64,000 nucleotides of DNA from a virus, in IMG/VR virus record IMGVR_UViG_3300044658_000058, positions 32,001 to 96,000 of that record; one strand, given 5' to 3'. This document shows positions 55,607-64,000 of the stretch, piece after piece (the first letter of the stretch is position 1; each line of letters begins with the position of its first letter). A program made the position numbers and the translations under genes. The notes under the pieces were generated by a model. It did no database searches. It saw nothing but the letters and a program-made list of their open reading frames with translations, and had not been told where the DNA came from.

Positions 55607-58600
55607 TTACATCTGTAGAGCAATCAAACGAAGATCGGCCACTCTCGGAACCATGGCAGAATTCGTTGAAGTTAGAACGATCTTTACTGAAAATTGCTTG
55701 AAGCCAGAGAATGCAACGTTGTTTGAATTTGTGTATTGAACAGCGCCATATAGACCGGTCATGATAGTAGGAGAGAATCCAAATTCATATTCAATCCAAT
55801 CATCGGTATTAGAGATTGAAGAGAACACGGTATCTGATGTTTCCAACTGTATCCAATCATGACTATCGAACGTGTCGGAGTCTTCATTGTTTGCAATTTT
55901 CGCATATACCAAAATGTCCGTGTTCGGTGGACGATAAGCAGTCAAATAGACCTTCAAATCTTCGGCGTCCTGACCTTCGGCCAAGGTGATGGTTTTGCAG
56001 ATATATTTGTTTTGTGCAGCACCACCGGATGGAGCGGTTTCATTCGCAGTGTTTGCGTTCACGATGTTGTGGACAAACACACCATGTGTTCTGTTCAAAT
56101 CGATCACTGGCGAAACATAAGGTGTGCTTGACACGATAGATGCTACCGCCTGATTTGAACGGGCGCTCGAAATCAAGTCCACTTCCTTCGAACGGCCAAG
56201 CAAATGCTTTTCCGACGTGAAGAAATTGTTGTCGTCCGAAACAACTGCAATCGAAGTCGAATCCAATGAGTTGGTGTTCGATGTCCCCTTCATCGTCCAT
56301 CCCAAAGATGTGTTCTGGAATGTCAGATAATTTGGTTCGAAATCCACAACAGAATATTTGATCGGAATCTTCGATCCTATGGTTCCACGGTCACCCGAGG
56401 CTGAACCAATAATGATTTCACCATCTTCCCAATAGCCAGTTGTGTCACGCAATTCGAGATGAATAAGATTTGCTGTCACATCACGGAAGCTGTACAATGA
56501 ACCGCTTGGGTACGATACTGTAGCGAGTGTTGCCGTTCCTCTTGTGGTGCCGGTATTTGACTTGATAGTCAGTGTTTCGCCCGCAGTGTAATTCATGATA
56601 GAATTTGCTGTCAGACGGTATGTTCCGGCAGAAATTGCAACAACTTGGCTGTTTGCGTGAGAAGTAGCACCCACAAGACGGTTACCAACTGCGATTGCGG
56701 CAGTGTTGCCCGAGATTGTGATACGGTTCTGACCACGAACAGTTTCACCAAACATGTCAAAGTCCGAAGTAACGGATGACATGATGAATTTTTCGAATGG
56801 CTTGTTGCCAAAGTTCGCTGTTCCGGTCGAGTTCGTAGTGAAATCGGCACGATAGAATGTCACCTTCAAGTCAGCATTTGGAACAGGAACCCAATCCATA
56901 TTGTTGTTTGTATCGAACAACGTTCCTGTATATTTTCTGCTTACAACATTCTGTCCCGTTGTAACGTCGGCTTCACCAAGCTTCATAATCCAGAGATAGG
57001 TATCCGGATTTGTTGCAGTAGGATGGATAACCAATGCGTATTCGACGTTATTGTACAAGAAAATTGGACACTGGAAATAAATTCTTTGTGCAACAGAGGC
57101 ATCATCAGACACAGAAATTTGTGATGATTCCAGAGTAACAACAGAGTATGGCACTGTGTTTCTAGTAATATTACCAGAATTGTCCACTTCACGGATTTCG
57201 AACCAAGCACCATACAATGGGTTCTTTGCTTCGAAGTATAGATCGAAACTTGTAAGAAATACACCTTCTTCTGTTGTCGGTGCAGAAATGAAGAACGTGT
57301 AGGCCAAGCAGTCACGGTTACCGGTGGCCGAACCGTTGCCGCCACGGGAACCCGTATCTGTTGTCGAACGGTTTACGACCGGATTGACAATCGTTGAATT
57401 ACCCTGAACACCACCAGTCTGTGTAACGTCGTCTTGTGAAGTTACGACCACATTGGTTGAAAGGATAGTATCCTGCTTTTGCTGAATCAGACCGGAGGCA
57501 GTGAAATAGGCCAAAGCATATGTTGTCGAATCATCTTCGTTCGTCGGACTATCAGAAACACGAACTTTCTTTGTGCCTGTACGGAAACGCTTTCCGGAAT
57601 CAGGGAAGCGAAGTAATCCATAAGCCTTACCGTCTGAGCCGGAAACCCAATTCGAGCCTTCTGCACCAGTCGCCACATATGAGCTATTCGCTGGCGTTGT
57701 ATAGTCTGACATTAGTTCGTCATCGACATATACCCAAAGACGAGTGTTTGGCTTCACATCACGGGCTGACAAAAGAATCGTTTGTGGACGAATGTATGGG
57801 ATAATCGAAACGTCAACCACCTTGTTTCCAAGATTTTCTGTTGTCGAGACAACGCTTGACGTTGTGGTCGTTCCTGTGCGAGTTTGAGAACCGAACTGTT
57901 CAATTTTTGTGGATTGTCCAGTTCTATTGCTTGTAGTTTGCGCAGCCGACAAAGCCGCCGCTTCCGTGGTGTAAGTTCCAATCAGAGCGCCAGTGCTGTT
58001 GTTGTATACTTTGTAACCGGTAATAGTTGTCTGCCACGAATCCCACGTGGTTTGCATAGGAGGAACATTAGTTGGTGTTGTTCCACCAACCATAGTATCC
58101 GGTAGCTGAACGGTATCGACCCAAACGTCCGAATCCGGAGTGAGTGTCAACAGACCAATGAAGCTATAAACCGCATTTGTCGAATTGCGAGTTGTCGTTG
58201 CATATGGCTGTTGAATGAACGCTACTTCTGTGTATGGAAGTGTGATCAAATTATTTGATTGTTGAACGCCAGAACCGGAAATATATTGGTATCCAACCGA
58301 GTCCATATCGAACTGTGGACGAATACTCTGTTCTTTCGGATCAACAACAATTGCGTAGTCTGGATTTGTGATAGCACCTTGTGAGTGATCACGGAATGTA
58401 TCGACAAAAATACCGTTCTTGAAGCGATCAAGACCGTTATCATCCAAGATAGACAAATCAGAAGCTTGTTTTTCCAGCAAGTTTAGCTGGTTATAATATT
58501 CAAGATTAGAAATACGTTCATCTAGAACGCCGATATCACGCTTAGTATAGTTTCTAAACGCTGTCTTCTTGACCGTGCAAGCCAAATCTTGACGATCCGA

Positions 58601-61447
58601 CTCAATGGCGTAAGCTGGCGACAACGAAGGATATGGAGCGATGGTCAATGTGGCCAGAGCCATAGCGTTTGGAGGCGTAGCAGGCGTGATCGGAACGGTA
58701 GCAGGCTGACCTTCTACAATCGAGATGTTGCCCGACGAATCCATGATTACCAAGTCCTTTCGGGACATGTAATATGAATAGTCGTATGTTACCTGACCGG
58801 AAGGCGAAGGAAGATGCAGGCCACCAGATGGCGACGTGAAGCTATTTGTCTTGGCCGGATTCGATGTTGCACCAGCAACCGTTGTCGAGCTAGTAGCAGT
58901 TGCCGCCTTCACTGGACGGAAATCGAGGCTATTGCGAAGATCGTAACGGATACCGCTTGTTGGTGACACATAGACCGGAATCTGTTGTGTCAAGATAGTG
59001 GTATCTGAAATCGTTGAATCATCTACAGGATATGAGTCTACAGAGAAGTATCCCAAGCCCTGTGTGAAGGAAGGTTCGAAGTGGTCAAGGCATACCAAGA
59101 GATAATCACCCGAACCAATAGGTGAGATAGGAGTGATCGACGCATGATCATACATGTTGTCACGCTGGCCATTGTCGAAAATGAAATTGTCTGTTACATC
59201 AGTTCCATCGGTCGAAGCCGAGAAAGCAGAGCTTTTCAGGCGAACAGAACGAATTTTGTATACGTCTGCGATACCAAGGTTGAATGGGCCGGTTGTGCCA
59301 GATGTCGCACCATCGATCTTCACGTAACGTGATGGACGAAGCAACTTCGCTGTTTCACGGGCAGTTGTCTTAGTCAAACGCAATGTCGCTGTAGCGGCTG
59401 TTGTGCCGGAAAGCGTTTCCTTCATATCGAATGAGGCGCTTGTTGACGAATTGATAGTGATTGTTCTATCTGTTCCGGCGTCTGCCCCCTTGCCGGTGAA
59501 GTCTACAATATCACCGATTTTGTACTGTTTTGTAATGGTCTGACCGGTCACGGTTGGAACCGCAGCCGTCGTCTTCAACACAGTATCACTTACGATTTGA
59601 GCGATATAGAACGTACCTGTAACGGTAGAAATAGAAATTTTATCACCGACATTCAAACGAGTGAAAAATGTCGATGTACCGTTTACAGTTGTATTGGCAT
59701 GAGTGGCAACTGTGCCCGGCAGTGTCTTGGTAGCAGCGGCGTCCAAAGAGATGATGATTTCTTCTTTGTCGTCATCAACCAAGCCGCCAATGCCATATGG
59801 GAAGATTTCATCAACCGCACCAGTATTGATGGTGAACGTACCGCCAGAGGCGATAGAAATTGGGAATGATTTGGTAAACGAATAAGAGGTATCGACGTTA
59901 CCGCCCGAATCTCTTACTGTTTTGACCGCACCAGCGCCTATGTCATAGATCGAAGCGTCCAGAGATGTTTCGAGAAGAACAGCCGTGTTTGAAATGGGAT
60001 CAAGAACAACGTCGGCACCAAGGTCCGCAGTCGAAGCATTGTTTAGATACAAACTGCGAACAGAAGAGAATGCACCGTTCGACATTTGCACATCAAACAA
60101 ATAGATGTTATATTGAGCGGAAGGCGTTCCGGCAACACCAGAATGAAGTTCGATACCACGAATCTTTGCTTTGCCGATGGCAGCGCCAGTCTGTGCCGCA
60201 GAAGAGAAACCAAGACTTGTCAAGCGTGTCTGTGGAGTGTTGTATAGCCACACCACGGAAGCACTGTTCATGTCCCATGAGCCGCAAAGTTCCTGAACAC
60301 GCAAATAGTTACCCATGCGAGTACGTGATACTTGGTTGCTGATATTCTGCGCATCGATAGCCTTGCGAACATCAGTGTACTTTGTCACCAAAGTTTCAAT
60401 GTCATAACCCTTGACATACGCCAATCCGGGCTCTACACCGGCAACCAACAAAGAAGTGTTACCAGTTGTCGTGTATAGACCCTGATTTGTTCCGTTGTCC
60501 TTATGTTCACGGATACGAACGTTCAAACCGGTTGCATAGAAGTCACCGCAATCAGCGGCGGTTCTTCTAGCCAATTCATCACGTATGGCCGAATATTGAG
60601 TTCTTTCGTATGTGACTTCCAAAATACCGTCACGAATACGGAACAATTCCACAAAGTTTGGTGGACCAGAGATATCGTCTAGATCGGTCTTGGCCAAAAC
60701 GGCTTCAAGTTTGAAACGGTCGGCACCGGGAGCCGCATAGTTGTATGCGCCGAGCGCCGGATCATTCAGAGAAGGATCATCGACTGCCGTTACGATGGAT
60801 TCTAGAACATTGAAACCGATACGGGCGGAAGGTGTTTCCGAATATCTGTCGAGGATGATGGTCTGCTTTACGAATGTAACGAAGTGATCTTTCGAGAATA
60901 CAATGCCATCGTCGATGGTAAAGGTCGAACCCTTACCGGTAGCGTCTGTTGCAAATACAACAGCATTACCAGATGTTGACGTTAGAATTTCGCCATCGGC
61001 AAAAACTTTCGTAACATTATCTGTACCAGATGAAAGATAGCGAACAAAGAGAGTTTTCTTGTCTGTAGCGGCCTGTGCACCATCGGCTACAGACACAACA
61101 TAAGCCTTGACACCGGTAGTCGCACCTGTCATTGTAGCACCGACAAGATTGTCAACGATCACGGCACCGCCACCTGATGTGGTATCGTTGATTTTCACAT
61201 AATCAATGTCAGTGTCGATGTGGAACTGTCCACCAGCTACCAATGAACCTTCTTTGAAGATATGTTCCGCAAATCTATCGATCTGCTTTTGTAGCATTGT
61301 TTGTAGCTGCGTTAGTTCACGGGCCTGAACAGCAATCGATGGCTTGAAAACAATACGATAAAAACCCTTGGTTTGATCGTAGTCGTCGTACCAAGGGTTT
61401 ACGTTAAAGTCAGTATTGTAGGAAAAGCTGATAGTATTTGAAGCCAT
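55607..61447 (-). CDS. Large baseplate-associated structural protein (DUF4815/VrlC-like)
   Basis: NVNPWYDDY, FKP..AVQARELTQLQ, APGADR, ARRT, DNGQRD, RFKNGIFVD. Confidence 0.88.
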   Translation of the reverse strand: MASNTISFSYNTDFNVNPWYDDYDQTKGFYRIVFKPSIAVQARELTQLQTMLQKQIDRFAEHIFKEGSLVAGGQFHIDTDIDYVKINDTTSGGGAVIVDNLVGATMTGATTGVKAYVVSVADGAQAATDKKTLFVRYLSSGTDNVTKVFADGEILTSTSGNAVVFATDATGKGSTFTIDDGIVFSKDHFVTFVKQTIILDRYSETPSARIGFNVLESIVTAVDDPSLNDPALGAYNYAAPGADRFKLEAVLAKTDLDDISGPPNFVELFRIRDGILEVTYERTQYSAIRDELARRTAADCGDFYATGLNVRIREHKDNGTNQGLYTTTGNTSLLVAGVEPGLAYVKGYDIETLVTKYTDVRKAIDAQNISNQVSRTRMGNYLRVQELCGSWDMNSASVVWLYNTPQTRLTSLGFSSAAQTGAAIGKAKIRGIELHSGVAGTPSAQYNIYLFDVQMSNGAFSSVRSLYLNNASTADLGADVVLDPISNTAVLLETSLDASIYDIGAGAVKTVRDSGGNVDTSYSFTKSFPISIASGGTFTINTGAVDEIFPYGIGGLVDDDKEEIIISLDAAATKTLPGTVATHANTTVNGTSTFFTRLNVGDKISISTVTGTFYIAQIVSDTVLKTTAAVPTVTGQTITKQYKIGDIVDFTGKGADAGTDRTITINSSTSASFDMKETLSGTTAATATLRLTKTTARETAKLLRPSRYVKIDGATSGTTGPFNLGIADVYKIRSVRLKSSAFSASTDGTDVTDNFIFDNGQRDNMYDHASITPISPIGSGDYLLVCLDHFEPSFTQGLGYFSVDSYPVDDSTISDTTILTQQIPVYVSPTSGIRYDLRNSLDFRPVKAATATSSTTVAGATSNPAKTNSFTSPSGGLHLPSPSGQVTYDYSYYMSRKDLVIMDSSGNISIVEGQPATVPITPATPPNAMALATLTIAPYPSLSPAYAIESDRQDLACTVKKTAFRNYTKRDIGVLDERISNLEYYNQLNLLEKQASDLSILDDNGLDRFKNGIFVDTFRDHSQGAITNPDYAIVVDPKEQSIRPQFDMDSVGYQYISGSGVQQSNNLITLPYTEVAFIQQPYATTTRNSTNAVYSFIGLLTLTPDSDVWVDTVQLPDTMVGGTTPTNVPPMQTTWDSWQTTITGYKVYNNSTGALIGTYTTEAAALSAAQTTSNRTGQSTKIEQFGSQTRTGTTTTSSVVSTTENLGNKVVDVSIIPYIRPQTILLSARDVKPNTRLWVYVDDELMSDYTTPANSSYVATGAEGSNWVSGSDGKAYGLLRFPDSGKRFRTGTKKVRVSDSPTNEDDSTTYALAYFTASGLIQQKQDTILSTNVVVTSQDDVTQTGGVQGNSTIVNPVVNRSTTDTGSRGGNGSATGNRDCLAYTFFISAPTTEEGVFLTSFDLYFEAKNPLYGAWFEIREVDNSGNITRNTVPYSVVTLESSQISVSDDASVAQRIYFQCPIFLYNNVEYALVIHPTATNPDTYLWIMKLGEADVTTGQNVVSRKYTGTLFDTNNNMDWVPVPNADLKVTFYRADFTTNSTGTANFGNKPFEKFIMSSVTSDFDMFGETVRGQNRITISGNTAAIAVGNRLVGATSHANSQVVAISAGTYRLTANSIMNYTAGETLTIKSNTGTTRGTATLATVSYPSGSLYSFRDVTANLIHLELRDTTGYWEDGEIIIGSASGDRGTIGSKIPIKYSVVDFEPNYLTFQNTSLGWTMKGTSNTNSLDSTSIAVVSDDNNFFTSEKHLLGRSKEVDLISSARSNQAVASIVSSTPYVSPVIDLNRTHGVFVHNIVNANTANETAPSGGAAQNKYICKTITLAEGQDAEDLKVYLTAYRPPNTDILVYAKIANNEDSDTFDSHDWIQLETSDTVFSSISNTDDWIEYEFGFSPTIMTGLYGAVQYTNSNNVAFSGFKQFSVKIVLTSTNSAMVPRVADLRLIALQM

Positions 61448-61492
61448 CTTTGTCTTTAATTATGAGGAAATATCAATTATTTATAAGAGATA

Positions 61493-63001
61493 TTATAGAT
61501 TGATTACGAGACGGAAGTTTTCTTCCTGATTCACCGAACGAACAATTGGCGATCTATTTTCGACATACAAAAGAGAGCCGGAATATTTCTTTAGCGGTGA
61601 TGTCACGATAGAAGCTATTGTAGCTGTTGCCGCAGATGTTCCGCCTGTGATTGTTTCCGAAGTCGAGAATGAACCAACGACATTTGTTACGATAATTGAA
61701 GAACTATTCGCATTTTCAACATACACGCCTGTCGCACCAGATGTTCCGCCTGTGATCGTTTCGTCGGGAAGGAACGTTCCGGATTGAGAAGTCAGGTTGA
61801 GTTTTGGAGCGACAAGATATGATGTGTCCGTGGCGATAGCGTTGTTCGCCAACAATGGGTTGGCCAAAACACCGATGATACGGAAATCGTTGTTTGAGAA
61901 AAACTTACCAGCTTCGTCACCAGAAAATTGAACGAACATCATCACATTATAGCCGTTCAATTCATAGACTGCATTAGAACCGTGTCCACCGTTTGGTGAC
62001 AATTGCGCCACTACGGAAGCGCCAGAGCCCGTGTTGGCTGTAACCGCCAATGTTGCTCGTCTGTATCCCGAGCCTTCGTTAACAACTTCGACGGTCGAAA
62101 TTGAGCCATTCGAAACGGTCGAATAGGCAGAGAAACCAGTGCCATCACCAGATGTGACAGAGATGGTAGGCGATACCAGATATGCCGAACCGCCGTTTGG
62201 AGCGATAGAGAATGCAGGGGAAACGGTTGCGATCTTCGAAGCACCAGAATAGTTGGTGATCACACGCTTCTGACCAGCGCCCGTGCCGGACGTGATATAA
62301 ATTGATGAACCCACATAGATGCCACCGGTTGAGTTAGCGGTAGGAGCGAGTGTAACTTTTGTGGTGTTAGCCGTCGTAACCGTGCCAGAATTCGTCTTGT
62401 AGTTGGCACCACCAGCCGCCACACGCACTGTCGAAATTGAACCATCAACGGCGGCGGCTTGAACGTCCCATTGGAAAGAACCATCATCGGAAGTCAATTT
62501 CTTCAATGGGACAAAGGTCGTTGTCACATATTTGACGGCATCCGGAGCGGAAACTTCGCCCATGAATTTCCATTTATAACCATCGCCAGTCGAGAAAACC
62601 GAAGTCAGACGGCCAGATGGCTTGACAGTAGATGGAGCGCCTTTGTTGTTGTACATGCACTTGTAAAGATTATATTCATCGGTTAGAACGAAGAATTGAC
62701 TATCTTGAAATGCTGTATCGGTGTTATATTCAGTATAAACTTGCCCGCTTGTCCAATTATAACGTGGTCCCGCAAAAGTTACATCACCAGAAGCTACCTT
62801 CTTTGTCGAAATAATGTTATCCCAAATCTGGTATTCGGATGCATTCACCGAATCTACTGGTGCGGGAGGATTGTTGTCGTCAGTCCAAGGTTTTGGACGG
62901 CCAATAAACACATAGAGATTTTCTGACCCTACTTCATCGAACAGTTCTTTGAATTGTTCGGCTGCAAAAAGTCGAAATCTCTTGGTAATAGTTCCTGTCA
63001 T
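61493..63001 (-). CDS. gp8: Baseplate wedge subunit
   Basis: YVFIGRP.PW, PRYNW.SG..Y, YKC.YN, DGYKWKF, GGHG, YSG.LLY.ENR.PI.R. Confidence 0.9.
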   Translation of the reverse strand: MTGTITKRFRLFAAEQFKELFDEVGSENLYVFIGRPKPWTDDNNPPAPVDSVNASEYQIWDNIISTKKVASGDVTFAGPRYNWTSGQVYTEYNTDTAFQDSQFFVLTDEYNLYKCMYNNKGAPSTVKPSGRLTSVFSTGDGYKWKFMGEVSAPDAVKYVTTTFVPLKKLTSDDGSFQWDVQAAAVDGSISTVRVAAGGANYKTNSGTVTTANTTKVTLAPTANSTGGIYVGSSIYITSGTGAGQKRVITNYSGASKIATVSPAFSIAPNGGSAYLVSPTISVTSGDGTGFSAYSTVSNGSISTVEVVNEGSGYRRATLAVTANTGSGASVVAQLSPNGGHGSNAVYELNGYNVMMFVQFSGDEAGKFFSNNDFRIIGVLANPLLANNAIATDTSYLVAPKLNLTSQSGTFLPDETITGGTSGATGVYVENANSSSIIVTNVVGSFSTSETITGGTSAATATIASIVTSPLKKYSGSLLYVENRSPIVRSVNQEENFRLVINL

Positions 63002-63050
63002 TGTTTATCCTGAAAATGTTTCTTATATTTATACTGTTTATTGGATTGAA

Positions 63051-64000
63051 TTATCCGATTCCGGGCAACTGGAAGCCTCGGAAATCACACACAAAAAGGC
63101 TAACTGGACGTGACGGATTACCAGCACCACGCCATGTCGAAGCAAAGACCAGACGTTTACCGGTTGGCGACAGAGAACCATGCGGTTCGTTGTCATAGTC
63201 GGCGTTAACGCCACGCTGATTATGGCATAGGCGTCCCTTAGCAGAACCATCCTTGGCAATAATGATTTCTTCACCCACGTATGGGTCGCCAGAGTCATCA
63301 AAATAATCGTTGGCAATCCAAGCTCCGCCACGATAGTTCGTAGCGCTTGTGTGATAGCCATAAGGAATGGAGTTGATCGTCACCTGTGAACCATCAGAAA
63401 GCTTACGTTTGATGATAACACCACCGGACATAGCACCATAAGCGTATTCTGTAGTTCCTTCCACACCCAAGCTATGGTGACGTGGTTGTCCAACTTCTGA
63501 CCAAGTGTTGATAATATTTGTGCCAGTGATATCGAGAACAACAGCCGTTTCATCGTCAAAATAAACAAGCATATAGTTTTTGAGAGGCGAGATAGAAACC
63601 TGTCCAAGGTCCATTGTTTTTGTCGGCCAACGTGCTGCAACATCATTCACAGTTCCCATAGTGTCTGTTGAAATTGTGTATGGGAAGAATATGTTGGCGC
63701 TGTCCGAAACTCTTTGGCCCTTAATCGGGAAGATATCGTTATCGTATGATTGTTCACCTTTAAGAGAACCGATATAGAGATTTTTGTACGTTCCTGCCCA
63801 TGAGCGAATTAACGTGCTAACGTTTGTTCGTGGATAGTAGTAGTACAAGCTGTTATTTGTTACATAAACCATTCTATCGGGATCGTTTCTGTCCCAACGA
63901 CCTTCAACCCAACCGGAAGGTCTTGGATGAACGTATGCAACTTCGTACGTTTCGCCATCCAAGAAAATAACGTCACTTTGACCGGTAGCCGGACCACCAG
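63051..64000 (-). CDS. Structural protein with beta-propeller-like C-terminus; start lies beyond the window edge
   Basis: Open frame with ISP..NY and SLSPTGKRLVFASTW blade-like motifs. Confidence 0.6.
   Translation of the reverse strand, partial: GGPATGQSDVIFLDGETYEVAYVHPRPSGWVEGRWDRNDPDRMVYVTNNSLYYYYPRTNVSTLIRSWAGTYKNLYIGSLKGEQSYDNDIFPIKGQRVSDSANIFFPYTISTDTMGTVNDVAARWPTKTMDLGQVSISPLKNYMLVYFDDETAVVLDITGTNIINTWSEVGQPRHHSLGVEGTTEYAYGAMSGGVIIKRKLSDGSQVTINSIPYGYHTSATNYRGGAWIANDYFDDSGDPYVGEEIIIAKDGSAKGRLCHNQRGVNADYDNEPHGSLSPTGKRLVFASTWRGAGNPSRPVSLFVCDFRGFQLPGIG

Noticed and set aside
1-64000. Stop-codon reassignment
   Set aside because: Core genes are full length under the standard code, and no suppressor tRNA is seen.

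Overview
A 64-kb segment of a large T4-like (Tevenvirus-type) myophage genome. The two-piece tmRNA, BrnA antitoxin and TTGAC-N17-NTATA promoters point to an alphaproteobacterial host. The minus strand carries the T4 core: gp45, gp46/47, gp55, uvsW/uvsY, gp3, head genes 23-20, tail 19/18, 16/15/14/13, baseplate gp8 and a 1946-aa structural protein. gp33/gp59/gp32 and accessory genes sit in two plus-strand islands, together with three tRNAs and a permuted tmRNA. Most notable: (1) two tandem circularly permuted tRNA-like RNAs at 7355-7514 (minus strand; 3' half before 5' half, no anticodon loop, 8-bp acceptor stems), directly behind a promoter and upstream of a Thg1-like 3'-5' polymerase; (2) an ~8-kb fibre cassette between neck genes 13 and 14, with 21-aa ExxD repeats and a 7-bladed Asp-box propeller apparently split across two genes; (3) several unexplained structured RNAs; (4) probable ATT/ATA start codons. 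All calls come from reading the sequence by eye; no searches were run.
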